A stretch of DNA of 64,000 nucleotides from Minisyncoccota bacterium (lineage in GTDB: Bacteria > Patescibacteriota > Minisyncoccia > Phycocordibacterales > UBA9973): positions 21,107 to 85,106 of the forward strand of contig JBAYHR010000001.1 of the NCBI GenBank assembly GCA_041666045.1. The letters are read 5' to 3'. Shown piece by piece: positions 37,486-48,154 of this stretch; positions within the stretch are counted from its first letter, which is position 1; the number at the start of each line of letters is the position of its first letter. The notes beneath the pieces were generated by a model. The model was not told the DNA's origin, searched no databases, and was given only the letters and a program-made list of their open reading frames with translations. A program made the position numbers and the translations under genes.

Positions 37486-39124
37486 AAATTGTGAACACTG
37501 TAATCAAAAATTCTCAATATCTGAGGGTGAATTATCTTTATATAAAAAAGTTGGTATTGAACTGCCAACAATATGTTTCTTTTGTAGAGTAAAACAACAT
37601 TTATCTTTTTGGATGTTTGGAAAATTTAGAAAAGGGAAGTCGGATCTTTCGGGAGAAAGTTTGATTACAGTTTTACCAGAGAAAAATAGATATCCTATTT
37701 ACACATTGCATGAATGGCACAGTGACGCGTGGGACGCTATGGATTATGGTCAAGATTATGATTCATCAAAATCATTTTTTACTCAATTACAAGAACTTCA
37801 AGAAAAAGTTCCTCATTCTCATCAAAATGGTGCTAAAAATACAAATTGTGATTGGTGCGATGATGTATGGAATTCAAAGAATTGTTATTTATCACGTTCT
37901 ATGGAAACGTGTGAAGATTTATATTATTCATACAGAAATTTATGGGTGAAAAATTCAATTGATGTATCAGTTTGTTTTTATTCAGAGAAATGTTTTGATT
38001 GCGTAAATTGTTATAATTCTTACAAATTATTTTATTCTAGGAATTCCAAAGATTGCATTGATTCATATTTTTTACAGGATTGCAGAAATTGTCAGAATTG
38101 TTTTATGTGTTGGAATCTCAGGGGTAAATCATATTGTATAGAAAATATTCAATACACCAGGGAAGAATATTTAGAAAAATTAAAAACTTTTAAGCTTCAT
38201 TCGTATAATTCAATTCAGAAATATAAAAGACAGTTAGACAAAATAGCTCAAAACGAAGTAGTTCACAGAGAAAATTTTAATCTCAAAACTTATAATTCTG
38301 ATGGAGACAATTTAACTAACACAAAAGACTGCTACAATTGCTTTACAATTAATGATTCTGAAGATAGCTATAATTGTATTAGGGGAATGAAACAAAAATC
38401 AGATATTGATACTAATGGTTGTTGGTATTCTGAATTATTAGGCAATTGCAGTTGTTGTCTAAACAGTTATGCAGAAAAATATAGCGTGTGGTCTTCGTCT
38501 AGATATTCTGAGTATTTAGATTTATGCATAGAATGTGAATATTGTTTTGGTTGCGTAGGTTTAAAAAAGAAAAAATATTGTATTTTAAATAAACAATATG
38601 AGAAAGTTGAATATGAAAAACTTCGTGAACAAATTATTTCAGATATGAAAAAGCAAGGTGAATATGGCAAGTTTTTGCCTTATTCTATGTCCGCCGGACC
38701 ATTCAATTTTTCTACTAGTTTTTTGTATTTTCCAGATGTTAAAAAAGAAGATATTTTGAAACTTGGTGGTTATTGGGAAGATATCAACGAAAGCCACATA
38801 GATGGAATGCCCACAAGTGAATTACCTGATTCTATAAATGACGTATCCGATGATATTTGCTCTAAGGCTCTTATTTGTCCTGCCACTGGTTGGCGTTTTA
38901 ATATCGCTCAAAATGAGCTTTCTTTTTATAGAGAAAACAATATTCCATTACCGAGATATCATTTTGATGTACGAATAAAAGATAATATGAAATATACAAC
39001 TGTTTTACAAGCTTATCCTTATAAATGTTTTTATTGTAAAAAAGATATAAATGCATATTATCCACCAGAATGGGAATATAAAAAAATAGCTTGCGAAGAA
39101 TGTTATAAACAAAATATAAGTTAA
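37457..39124 (+). CDS. large cysteine-rich protein, paralog A (zinc-ribbon-like termini, internal duplication)
   Basis: 555 aa with dense CxxC / CxNCxNCFxC motifs. Two internal copies of C..CFGCV.L....YCI.NKQY.KEEY. N- and C-terminal E.EL.FY.....LP..C..C modules. Confidence 0.5.
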   Translation: MNIMNQQESRNCEHCNQKFSISEGELSLYKKVGIELPTICFFCRVKQHLSFWMFGKFRKGKSDLSGESLITVLPEKNRYPIYTLHEWHSDAWDAMDYGQDYDSSKSFFTQLQELQEKVPHSHQNGAKNTNCDWCDDVWNSKNCYLSRSMETCEDLYYSYRNLWVKNSIDVSVCFYSEKCFDCVNCYNSYKLFYSRNSKDCIDSYFLQDCRNCQNCFMCWNLRGKSYCIENIQYTREEYLEKLKTFKLHSYNSIQKYKRQLDKIAQNEVVHRENFNLKTYNSDGDNLTNTKDCYNCFTINDSEDSYNCIRGMKQKSDIDTNGCWYSELLGNCSCCLNSYAEKYSVWSSSRYSEYLDLCIECEYCFGCVGLKKKKYCILNKQYEKVEYEKLREQIISDMKKQGEYGKFLPYSMSAGPFNFSTSFLYFPDVKKEDILKLGGYWEDINESHIDGMPTSELPDSINDVSDDICSKALICPATGWRFNIAQNELSFYRENNIPLPRYHFDVRIKDNMKYTTVLQAYPYKCFYCKKDINAYYPPEWEYKKIACEECYKQNIS

Positions 39125-39165
39125 TACATATATACGCTATAGCGTATATATGTAAATTAAAAAAA

Positions 39166-40950
39166 ATGAGCAAAAACAATGAAAAAAGAATATGCCAAAA
39201 CTGTAAAAAAGATTTTGTTATAGAACAAGAAGATTTTAACTTTTATGAAAAAATAAAAGTCCCAGCACCAACTTGGTGCCCAGAGTGTAGGTTAATAAGA
39301 AGATTAGCTTATCGTGAATCTAGACCTTTGTATAAAGATATTTGTGATAAATGTGGGGAGGAAATTATAAGTATTTTTGCAGAAAATTCTGAAATTATAG
39401 TTTATTGTAGTTCCTGTTGGTGGGGAGATAGCTGGGATGCAATGGATTATGGAAAAGATTATGATTTTTCTAGACCTTTCTTTGAACAATTTTATGAATT
39501 ACAAAAATTAGTACCTCGTGAAGCTACTGGTCAAAAAAATTCTGAAAATTGTCAATATTCCAATGGTGATGTTCGTTGTAAAAACTGTACTTTAACTTTT
39601 GATTGTCTTGAGGCTATTAATTGTTATAATTCTCAAATTGCCATATTTTCTAAAGATTCAATAGATTCAGATAGCGTTATGAATGCTGATCATACTTATG
39701 ATAATTTGTGTTCAAATGGTATTTATAATACAAAATTTATTTATTATTCTGATGAATGTCTTGATTGCTCTTTTCTTTTTTATTGCTTAGGGTGTACAAA
39801 TTGTTTTGGTTGTGTAAATTTAAGAAATCAAAAATATTGTATTTGGAATAAACAATACACAAAAGAAGAATATAAAAAAGAAATTGAGAAATGGGATTTG
39901 GGTAGTTATAAAACTATACAAAAAGCAAAGGAAAAATTTATGGAACTTTATTATAAAATTCCAAGGCGTTTTGCTTTTATAACAAATTCCATTAATGTTA
40001 CTGGAGAAGATATTATAAATAGTAAAAATTGCAAAAATTGTTTTTTTACTAGGCATGGAGTAGAAAATTGTAAATATATTTTTTCATGTGGTTTGCTCTT
40101 AAAAGATAGTTATGACGCTACTTTTGGAGGAGATAAATCAGAAATATTTTATGAAACAAATGGCGGAATGCAATCCCAAAGATGTTTTTTTAGTCGTGCA
40201 CCTAATGGTTCTAAGGACATAGAATATTCCGATAGAGTTTTTAACTGTTCTAATTTATTTGGTTGCGTAAATTTGAGAAATAAAAGTCATTGTATTTTTA
40301 ATAAGCAATATACTAAAGAAAAATATTTTGAAATGGTAGAAAAAATAAAAAGGCAAATGAATGAAATGCCATACATTGATAGAATGGGCAGAATTTATAA
40401 ATATGGAGAATTTTTTCCTAGTGAGTTGTCCCTATGGGCATATAATAAAAGCTGGGGACATGAATTTTTTCCATTAAACAAAGAAGATATTTTAAAAAGA
40501 GGATTTAATTGGCAGGACGACCCCAAAAGAGATTATGAAATAACTATTAAATCAAAAGATTTACCTGATCATATTAATGATGTTTCAGATGATATTTTAG
40601 ATGAAGTAATAGAATGTGAACATAATGGAAAAGATTGTAATCAGCAATGCACTACAGCTTTTAGGATTTTACCGAATGAATTGCAATTTTACAGGCAGAT
40701 GAATTTAGCTTTACCAAGGTTATGTCCAAATTGTCGCCACTATGAACGAATTAAAAAAACAAACCCACCAAAACTTTGGCATAGAAAGTGTATGTGTAAT
40801 GGCGTAGAATCAAGCAATAAGGAATATAAAAATACTATTAAACATTTTCATGGAGATAAACCATGTTCCAATGAATTTGAAACTGCTATAAGTGATGAAA
40901 GAAAAGAGATAGTGTATTGTAAAGAATGTTATCAAGCTGAATTTATATGA
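39166..40950 (+). CDS. large cysteine-rich protein, paralog B
   Basis: 594 aa. Same architecture as 37457-39124: CTNCFGCVNLRNQKYCIWNKQYTKEEY and CSNLFGCVNLRNKSHCIFNKQYTKEKY. Confidence 0.5.
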   Translation: MSKNNEKRICQNCKKDFVIEQEDFNFYEKIKVPAPTWCPECRLIRRLAYRESRPLYKDICDKCGEEIISIFAENSEIIVYCSSCWWGDSWDAMDYGKDYDFSRPFFEQFYELQKLVPREATGQKNSENCQYSNGDVRCKNCTLTFDCLEAINCYNSQIAIFSKDSIDSDSVMNADHTYDNLCSNGIYNTKFIYYSDECLDCSFLFYCLGCTNCFGCVNLRNQKYCIWNKQYTKEEYKKEIEKWDLGSYKTIQKAKEKFMELYYKIPRRFAFITNSINVTGEDIINSKNCKNCFFTRHGVENCKYIFSCGLLLKDSYDATFGGDKSEIFYETNGGMQSQRCFFSRAPNGSKDIEYSDRVFNCSNLFGCVNLRNKSHCIFNKQYTKEKYFEMVEKIKRQMNEMPYIDRMGRIYKYGEFFPSELSLWAYNKSWGHEFFPLNKEDILKRGFNWQDDPKRDYEITIKSKDLPDHINDVSDDILDEVIECEHNGKDCNQQCTTAFRILPNELQFYRQMNLALPRLCPNCRHYERIKKTNPPKLWHRKCMCNGVESSNKEYKNTIKHFHGDKPCSNEFETAISDERKEIVYCKECYQAEFI

Positions 40951-41118
40951 ATAAATTAAAACTAAAATTAGAATCATTAAAATATTTAATTCCAATATTG
41001 TTAAAAACAATCAAATTTCGTATTGTAGTATTTTTTCATAAGATTTTTAAATAGTAATATTTAATTTAATGTGGTATAATAAAGATGAGGCATAAAAATT
41101 GTCTTATTTTTATTTTAT

Positions 41119-42900
41119 ATGGAAAAAGAAAAAGAATATACAAATTTGCACCGAGGCTTGGTGCTTAAATATTTTTGGCAAGTTATTAAGAAATTTAAAG
41201 TTTCGTTTTTTGCTGTTATTTTTCTTACCATAATTGCTTCAAGTCTTGATGTTTATATACCACTCCAATATTTGAAATTGTGGAATGTTTTAAGTAAAAA
41301 TGATTTTACTTTTATAAATACTGCACAATCAATTATACTTTTAATTTTAACTTTAAATCTTACCCGTTGGGTTATTCGTAGATCTAGTACTTTTTTAAAT
41401 GTATATTTTGAAGCTGGGGTTATGGCTGGACTTCGTGAGCAAGCTTTTTCATACATGATAGGGCACTCACATTCATTTTTTACAAATAATTTTGGAGGGT
41501 CATTAACTCAAAAAATAAATAAATATGCTAGAGCATTTGAAAAATTAACTGACAGAATAGTGTCTGATTTATTACCGCTTATTGTTCGAGGAATTGGAAC
41601 AGTTATTGCTGTTTATACTTTGCTTCCAAAATATTCTTTAATTTTAGGAATATTTTGTATTGTATTTTTATTGACTGTTTTTATTTTTACTCGTTATAAA
41701 CTTAAATATGATATTGCAGCATCTATGGCAGACACTAAAACCACAGGAGCTATATCAGACTCTATTGGTAATCATTCTTCAATACAATTATTTACTGGTC
41801 ATGAATATGAAAAAGAACGTGTTGGTGGTGTTATACAAAAGCAAAGAAAAGCTTCTCTTTTAAATTGGTATTTATGGGAAACGCTTGCTTTAATTGAAAG
41901 TTTTTATTCTATAGTGATTGAATTTATTATTTTCTGGATTGCTCTTGGAGATTGGAAACTTGGCATTATAGGCTTGCCTGTAATGGTATTACTGCAAAGT
42001 TATATTATTCGTCTATTGGAGAATTTATGGAATTTTGCTGGTTTTGTTCGCGCTTTTTATGAAGCTTTTGCTGATGCAGAAGAAATGGCAGTTATTTTAA
42101 ATACACCTTATGAAATTGTTGATAATTCTAAAAAAGTTGTTAAAAACGTAAAGGGAGACGTTGTTTTTGATAATATTACTTATGTATATAAGAATAATAA
42201 TGTTAAAGTATTTGATAATTTTTCATTAAAAATTTCTTCAGGACAGAAGATAGCAATTGTTGGTTTTTCTGGAGCAGGAAAGACGACTTTTGTTCGTTTA
42301 TTGATGAGATTATTTAATCTTACTTCTGGAAAGATTTTAATTGATGATATTGATATAAATAGTATTAGTCAGAAAAATCTTAGAGAGCAGATTGCTTTTG
42401 TGCCTCAAGACCCAGTACTTTTTCATCGTACTTTAATGGAAAATATTCGTTATGGTAAACGTGATGCGACAGACGAAGAAGTATTAAAAGCTAGCTCTCT
42501 TGCGCACTGTGATGAATTTATTAAATTTTTACCGAAAGGTTATGAAACTTATGTTGGTGAAAGAGGAGTAAAATTATCTGGCGGGGAACGTCAGCGTGTA
42601 GCTATAGCTCGTGCAATTTTAAAAAATGCACCAATACTTATTTTAGATGAAGCGACGTCATCGTTAGATTCTCATTCAGAATCTTTAATTCAAGATGCTT
42701 TTAAGAAATTGATGAAAGATAAAACGACAATTGTTATTGCTCATAGACTTTCAACTATTAAAGAAATGGATAGAATTATTGTTATTGAAAATGGAAAAAT
42801 TATTGAAGATGGTACTCATGTTAAACTCACAAATAAAAAAAGCGGACTTTATAAAAAACTTTGGGATCTACAAGCCGGAGGATTTAAAAAAGAAATTTAA
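41119..42900 (+). CDS. ABC exporter, fused permease and ATP-binding protein (MsbA-like)
   Basis: Six-TM N-terminal half. Walker A GFSGAGKTT, signature LSGGERQRVAIARA, Walker B ILILDEAT. Extended -10 TGGTATAAT upstream. Confidence 0.85.
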   Translation: MEKEKEYTNLHRGLVLKYFWQVIKKFKVSFFAVIFLTIIASSLDVYIPLQYLKLWNVLSKNDFTFINTAQSIILLILTLNLTRWVIRRSSTFLNVYFEAGVMAGLREQAFSYMIGHSHSFFTNNFGGSLTQKINKYARAFEKLTDRIVSDLLPLIVRGIGTVIAVYTLLPKYSLILGIFCIVFLLTVFIFTRYKLKYDIAASMADTKTTGAISDSIGNHSSIQLFTGHEYEKERVGGVIQKQRKASLLNWYLWETLALIESFYSIVIEFIIFWIALGDWKLGIIGLPVMVLLQSYIIRLLENLWNFAGFVRAFYEAFADAEEMAVILNTPYEIVDNSKKVVKNVKGDVVFDNITYVYKNNNVKVFDNFSLKISSGQKIAIVGFSGAGKTTFVRLLMRLFNLTSGKILIDDIDINSISQKNLREQIAFVPQDPVLFHRTLMENIRYGKRDATDEEVLKASSLAHCDEFIKFLPKGYETYVGERGVKLSGGERQRVAIARAILKNAPILILDEATSSLDSHSESLIQDAFKKLMKDKTTIVIAHRLSTIKEMDRIIVIENGKIIEDGTHVKLTNKKSGLYKKLWDLQAGGFKKEI

Positions 42901-42977
42901 AACATAAAAAATCTAATTATCAAAAGTTTTCTGGCGAACAAAACGAAGCCAGTGTTCGCAGGCGAAAACTTTTATAA

Positions 42978-43595
42978 TTATATTTTTTTAACATTTTCTA
43001 AAAATGCTTTATTTGTTTCTGGGTCAAGTTTATCTGTAACTATTATCATAAGTTCTGTGGAGAGCTCAAGATCTTTTTTGATATTTGTAAATAAGTTTTC
43101 ATAAGGAAAAGGTGAGACCCAAACAGTATTTTTTATACAAACAAAATTTGCTTTCTTTAAAAGATAACGCAATGATTCTCTTTCTGATTTTCTTTCTTCT
43201 GGAAGGTCTAGAATTATAATTCTCCAAAATCCATCCCAAGTAGTTGAGACTAGGGCATCTTCACCTTCGAGTTTTATGCAGTTTAATTTAGATTTTCCTT
43301 TTTTAGTTATTTTCAAATAGTCTTGATTATCCGAATGAACCATTTCAGCGCAACCTGATTCTATTAGATTTTTAACAGAACGGGTTATTGCGTAACCAGT
43401 TTTATCTCCTCCTTTTTGAGGAGGAGTGCCCTTTAGGGCGAGATGGTGATTTTTTGAATTACCACCCCCAACCCCCTCCTTATTAAGGAGGGGAGTTTTA
43501 TTCTCCATTTTTTTATTTAATTCACCAATAGAAATAGCTGGCTTTTCAGCTAATACTTTTAAAATAACCTTTTGTATATTAGGTTTTTTAAACAT
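42978..43595 (-). CDS. PaaX-like winged-helix regulator family protein carrying an in-frame repeat insertion
   Basis: C-terminal W.GFWRIIILDLPEERKSERESLRYLLKKANFVCIKNTVWVSPFP resembles the PaaX C-domain. Start set at MFKK, which follows the TGCTATAAT box. The track ORF begins at 43631. Confidence 0.45.
   Translation of the reverse strand: MFKKPNIQKVILKVLAEKPAISIGELNKKMENKTPLLNKEGVGGGNSKNHHLALKGTPPQKGGDKTGYAITRSVKNLIESGCAEMVHSDNQDYLKITKKGKSKLNCIKLEGEDALVSTTWDGFWRIIILDLPEERKSERESLRYLLKKANFVCIKNTVWVSPFPYENLFTNIKKDLELSTELMIIVTDKLDPETNKAFLENVKKI
43406..43493 (-). repeat. GC-rich palindromic element inserted in frame (copy B)
   Basis: Reverse complement matches 26382-26471 apart from about 4 substitutions. 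Same reading frame and peptide KEGVGGGNSKNHHLALKGTPPQKGG. Confidence 0.7.
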
Positions 43596-43741
43596 AATAT
43601 AAATTATAGCAAATATTAGTAATTTTAACAACTATTTCGCGACCACGAAATACTTGTCAAAAAATTAGGCTTAGTATATAATAGGGCTATTAATTATTAA
43701 CCCTGATTATCGGGTCAGGAAATTTAAATAAAATATATATT

Positions 43742-45658
43742 ATGTCAAAAATATTAGGTATAGACTTAGGTACAACAAATTCGGCTTTTGCTGTAATAGA
43801 AGGTGGAGAGCCAAAGATTTTAGAAAACTCTGAGGGGATGCGCACGACTCCTTCGATAGTAGCAGAATCAAAAACAAAAGATCGTATCTTTGGAATTTTA
43901 GCAAAACGTCAAAGTGTGACAAATCCCAAAAATACAATTTTTCAAATTAAAAGATTTATTGGTCATACATTTGATGAACCGGGTGTTCAGAAAGATATTC
44001 AGACAATTCCTTTTGAAACAAGAAAATCTGAAAATGGTGGAATTGAAATAAAAATGGGAGATAAATTTTATCGTCCAGAAGAAATCTCTGCTATGATTTT
44101 GCAAAAAATTAAAGCAGACGCAGAAGCACGAATTGGAGAAAAAATAACAGAAGCTGTGATAACAGTCCCTGCATATTTTAATGATTCACAAAGACAAGCT
44201 ACAAAAGATGCTGGAAGAATCGCAGGTCTTGATGTAAAAAGAATTATAAACGAACCTACTGCAGCAGCTCTTGCATATGGATTTAATAAAAATAAAAATG
44301 AAAAAATAGCAGTGTTTGATTTCGGAGGAGGAACATTTGACGTGTCTATTCTTGAAGTTGGTGATGATGTTGTGGAAGTAAAATCTACAGATGGTGACTC
44401 TCATTTAGGAGGAAAAGATATTGATCAAAAAATTATGAATTGGTTGGCTGAAGGTTTCCAAAAAGAAAATGGTATTGATTTAAGGAAGGATCCATTGGCT
44501 CGTCAACGTTTAGATGACGCAGCAGAAAAATCAAAAATAGAACTTTCAACAGCTGTTGAAAGTGAAATAAACATTCCATTCATTACATCAAGTGATGCAG
44601 GTCCACTTCACCTTGTACGCACAATGAAGCGTGCAGAGTTGGAAGAAATTTGTAGAGAATTTGTTGATCGCGCAATGAGTATTACAAAAAGAGCTATGGA
44701 AGCTTCGCCTTTTAAAATAAATGAAATAAACGAGGTTATATTAGTTGGAGGACAGACAAGAATGCCTATGATTCAAAAGGCAGCTGAAGATTTCTTTGGA
44801 AAGAAACCACATATTGGCGTGAATCCAGATGAAGTTGTAGCGCTTGGTGCTGCAGTGCAAGCTGGAGTATTGCAAGGAGATGTTAAGGATATTCTTCTTT
44901 TGGATGTTATACCACTTTCTTTAGGTATTGAAACATTAGGAGGAGTTGCAACTAAATTAGTTGAAAGAAATACAACTATCCCTAGTTCTAAATCACAAAT
45001 ATTCTCAACTGCAGCAGATAATCAAACTTCAGTAGAAATTCATATCGTTCAAGGTGAACGTCCTATGGCATCTGACAATAAATCTCTCGGAAGATTTATA
45101 TTAGACGGAGTTCCACCATCTCCTCGTGGTATGCCTCAAGTAGAAGTGACTTTTGATGTTGATGCAAATGGAATTTTAAATGTTAAAGCATTAGAGAAAT
45201 CTTCTGGTAAAGTTCAATCAATTAGAATTGAGGCAAGTTCTGGTCTTAAGGAAGAAGATATCAAAAAAATGCAAGCTGATGCAGAAATTCATGCTGAAGA
45301 AGATAAAAAGAAAAGAGAAGTTGCTGATATAAGAAATACTGCTGAGATGACTTTGTATACAGCAGAAAAAGCATTGAAAGATAATGAAACAAAAATTCCT
45401 GAGGAATTAAAAAATGAAGTTAATAATAAAATAACTGCATTACGCACAGTGAAAGATGGTGTTGATGTAGAAGCAATTAAAAAAGCTATGGAAGAACTTT
45501 CTTCTGAAATGTCTAAGATCGGGGAAGCTCTTTCTAAAGCATCACAAAATACACAAAATGAAGCTTCAGCCGGAGAAACCAAAGAAGAGGATAATGTACG
45601 AGATGCAGAATTTAAAGAAGGGGAAAATCCTGAATCTGGGGAGGTAAAAAAAGAATAA
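43742..45658 (+). CDS. dnaK: molecular chaperone DnaK
   Basis: [26 protein letters not shown]. 638 aa. Promoter TTGTCA-N17-TATAAT upstream. No CIRCE inverted repeat seen. Confidence 0.95.
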   Translation: MSKILGIDLGTTNSAFAVIEGGEPKILENSEGMRTTPSIVAESKTKDRIFGILAKRQSVTNPKNTIFQIKRFIGHTFDEPGVQKDIQTIPFETRKSENGGIEIKMGDKFYRPEEISAMILQKIKADAEARIGEKITEAVITVPAYFNDSQRQATKDAGRIAGLDVKRIINEPTAAALAYGFNKNKNEKIAVFDFGGGTFDVSILEVGDDVVEVKSTDGDSHLGGKDIDQKIMNWLAEGFQKENGIDLRKDPLARQRLDDAAEKSKIELSTAVESEINIPFITSSDAGPLHLVRTMKRAELEEICREFVDRAMSITKRAMEASPFKINEINEVILVGGQTRMPMIQKAAEDFFGKKPHIGVNPDEVVALGAAVQAGVLQGDVKDILLLDVIPLSLGIETLGGVATKLVERNTTIPSSKSQIFSTAADNQTSVEIHIVQGERPMASDNKSLGRFILDGVPPSPRGMPQVEVTFDVDANGILNVKALEKSSGKVQSIRIEASSGLKEEDIKKMQADAEIHAEEDKKKREVADIRNTAEMTLYTAEKALKDNETKIPEELKNEVNNKITALRTVKDGVDVEAIKKAMEELSSEMSKIGEALSKASQNTQNEASAGETKEEDNVRDAEFKEGENPESGEVKKE

Positions 45659-45664
45659 TTTAAT

Positions 45665-45692
45665 TTACTAAAAAGCCCACTTTTGGGCTTTT
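45665..45692 (+). terminator. intrinsic terminator after dnaK
   Basis: aaaaagcccacttttgggctttttag. Confidence 0.7.
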
Positions 45693-45725
45693 TAGTTTAA
45701 TATATATTTGGTATAATTTAAAAAT

Positions 45726-47846
45726 ATGGAATTGTCAGAAATACCTAAAAATAAAGATCTCACATACCTTGGGCTTACCACATTTCGTGATAAAAATAGA
45801 CTTTTTGGCATAAAGCGCAAAGATAGACGTCAGCATGTTTATGTTCTTGGAAAATCAGGTACAGGTAAATCTGTGCTTATGTTTAATATGGTTATTCAGA
45901 ATGTTGTAAATGGCGATGGTGTTTGTGTTGTAGATCCTCACGGTGAACTTGTGGAAGCAGTATTGTCTGCTATTCCACCACATAGATTAAAAGATGTTGT
46001 TTATTTTAATCCTGCTGATACAGATTACCACATTGGTTTTAATGTTTTAGAACTTGCTGATCCTAAATATAAACATTTAGTTGCATCAGGTCTCATGGGA
46101 ATTTTCACAAAGATTTGGGCAAATGCTTGGTCTGCTCGTATGGAATATATTTTAAACAATGCAATTTTAGCCTTACTTGATACTCCCGGGACGACACTTC
46201 TTGGTATCCCTAGAATGTTAGTGGACAAAGATTACAGACAGAAAATTATTTCAAATTTGAAAGATCCTGTTATTAAAGCTTTTTGGGTTCACGAATATGA
46301 AGCTTGGCAAGATAAATTCAGAAATGAAGCTATCGCGCCTATTCAGAATAAAGTTGGACAATTTCTTTCCAGTTCAATAATTCGTAATGTTGTTGGTCAA
46401 TCTATAAGTACAATAAATATTTTTGACATAATGAATGAGGGAAAGATTTTCCTTGTGAATGTTTCAAAGGGACGTATTGGTGAAGACAATTCTGCATTAT
46501 TAGGAGGAATGTTAATTACGAAAATTCAGCTTGCCGCTATGGAGCGCGTGCGTATTCCAGAAGATGACAGAAAAGATTTTTATTTATATGTTGACGAATT
46601 TCAAAACTTTGTTACTGATTCTTTTGCAAGTATTTTGTCAGAAGCTAGAAAATACAGATTGAATCTTACTGTTGCCCATCAATACACCGCTCAGCTTGTT
46701 TCAGACAAAAGTTCCAGCGTGCGTGATGCGGTTTTTGGAAACGTTGGAACAATGATAATTTTTCGTTGTGGCGCCGATGATGCTGATTTTTTAGAAAAAG
46801 AATTTGATCCTGAATTTACTCCGCAAGATATTGTAAATTTGCCAAACTATAAAGTTTATTTAAAACTTATGATAGATGGTGTAACATCAAGGCCATTTTC
46901 CGCAAAAACTTTGCCTCCGATGGTGAAGTCGGGAAATAAAGAAATAGAAAATGAAGTTATTAGATCTTCTCGGGCTCTTTATTGCAAATCAAAAGAAGTT
47001 GTTGAAAGAGAAATCAATAATTGGTCTGGAATGTCCATTGGAAATGAAAACGAGACAGGTAATATGGAGAAATTTAGCGCCAAATGTTCAATTTGTTTTA
47101 GTGATACTTTTGTTCCATTTAAACCAGAACCAGGAAGGCCAGTTTATTGTAGAGATTGTATAGCTAAAATGAAATCAGGGGAATTGAAACCGTTAAAAGG
47201 TTCAATGAAACAAATTTCTTATGATGAAACTAAATTTTTCAAACCTTTGGCTGATTTGGGTATAGAATTTCAACAAAAGGATACTTTAAGCAGTAAGCCC
47301 GAAGAAGAAAGATATTCTGAAAGAGTTAATAAACAAATTGCACATAATCAGGTTAATAAAAGTGGAAATAATAAACCAGGGATTTTTTCAGCAATTAAAA
47401 AGGTATTTACACCGCCTTTTGCAAGAGACAGGTTTAATAAAAATATTCCACCAAAACATATTCGTTCTGGCGAGGAAAATTTAGCATTAAGAGATATTTT
47501 AAACAAAACTCTTTCAGAAAATAAAGTTTTTGAAAATAAAAAAGAAGAGGTTAAGGAGATTGAAGAAGTAAAAAAAGAAACACCAGCACCGATTTCTTTA
47601 AATGAATTGGGAAATTCAAAACCTGCAACTCAATCAAAATTGAAAGATAGATCTGCAAGTAATGAAAAAATGAATAATTTAAAAAATTTAATTTCAGAAA
47701 AAACAAAAGAACAAGAAAAGCAAAAAGAAGAAAAAGTTGAAATAAAAAAAGAGCCAGAAATTAAAAAAGAGGAAAAGCCCACTATTCCACAAAAAGAGAA
47801 AGTGAAAGAAGTACCAGAAGACGTTTTAAGAAAAATTTTAGAATAA
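45726..47846 (+). CDS. FtsK/HerA-superfamily P-loop ATPase (DUF87 / VirD4-TraG-like) with zinc ribbon and K/E-rich tail
   Basis: Walker A VLGKSGTGKS, Walker [12 protein letters not shown], sensor [14 protein letters not shown]. CxxC...CxxC ribbon (CSICF...CRDC). Long lysine/glutamate-rich C-terminus. Confidence 0.6.
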   Translation: MELSEIPKNKDLTYLGLTTFRDKNRLFGIKRKDRRQHVYVLGKSGTGKSVLMFNMVIQNVVNGDGVCVVDPHGELVEAVLSAIPPHRLKDVVYFNPADTDYHIGFNVLELADPKYKHLVASGLMGIFTKIWANAWSARMEYILNNAILALLDTPGTTLLGIPRMLVDKDYRQKIISNLKDPVIKAFWVHEYEAWQDKFRNEAIAPIQNKVGQFLSSSIIRNVVGQSISTINIFDIMNEGKIFLVNVSKGRIGEDNSALLGGMLITKIQLAAMERVRIPEDDRKDFYLYVDEFQNFVTDSFASILSEARKYRLNLTVAHQYTAQLVSDKSSSVRDAVFGNVGTMIIFRCGADDADFLEKEFDPEFTPQDIVNLPNYKVYLKLMIDGVTSRPFSAKTLPPMVKSGNKEIENEVIRSSRALYCKSKEVVEREINNWSGMSIGNENETGNMEKFSAKCSICFSDTFVPFKPEPGRPVYCRDCIAKMKSGELKPLKGSMKQISYDETKFFKPLADLGIEFQQKDTLSSKPEEERYSERVNKQIAHNQVNKSGNNKPGIFSAIKKVFTPPFARDRFNKNIPPKHIRSGEENLALRDILNKTLSENKVFENKKEEVKEIEEVKKETPAPISLNELGNSKPATQSKLKDRSASNEKMNNLKNLISEKTKEQEKQKEEKVEIKKEPEIKKEEKPTIPQKEKVKEVPEDVLRKILE

Positions 47847-47866
47847 TATTAACCTTTTATTTAACA

Positions 47867-48106
47867 ATGACAGCTATTTTAATAATTGTAATAATTTCAT
47901 CTGTTTTAATAATTCGTTTTTTAGGTTCTACTGTATTTTTTTGGTGTATTCCAATTGCAATATTGGGGGTGCTTATTGCTTTTTTCTATCCAATTTTTAG
48001 AGATGAAGGTTGGGTTCCAGATGCTTCAAAACTGCCAAAGAAAATTTGGAAAAGATATTTAAAATGGGAATCAAAATTTTTCAAATGGCTAGATCGTTAT
48101 TTTTAG
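47867..48106 (+). CDS. small two-TM membrane protein
   Basis: 79 aa. Hydrophobic helices IIVIISSVLIIRFL and IPIAILGVLIAFF. Sandwiched between the ATPase paralogs. Confidence 0.35.
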   Translation: MTAILIIVIISSVLIIRFLGSTVFFWCIPIAILGVLIAFFYPIFRDEGWVPDASKLPKKIWKRYLKWESKFFKWLDRYF

Positions 48107-48154
48107 ATTATGATGGAGAATAAGTTGAAATTATAGTAAAATAGGCAAATATAT

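Noticed and set aside
37710-37949. Internal plus-strand ORF 37710-37949 and other small ORFs inside the Cys-rich genes
   Set aside because: They are alternative frames within longer well-supported ORFs.
43632-43741. Looked for a CIRCE/HrcA operator upstream of dnaK and grpE
   Set aside because: No TTAGCACTC-N9-GAGTGCTAA-like inverted repeat is present. Only a short cctga...tcagg hairpin is there.
43740-44404. Minus-strand ORFs inside dnaK (43740-43937, 43898-44104, 44186-44404)
   Set aside because: They are antisense to dnaK.
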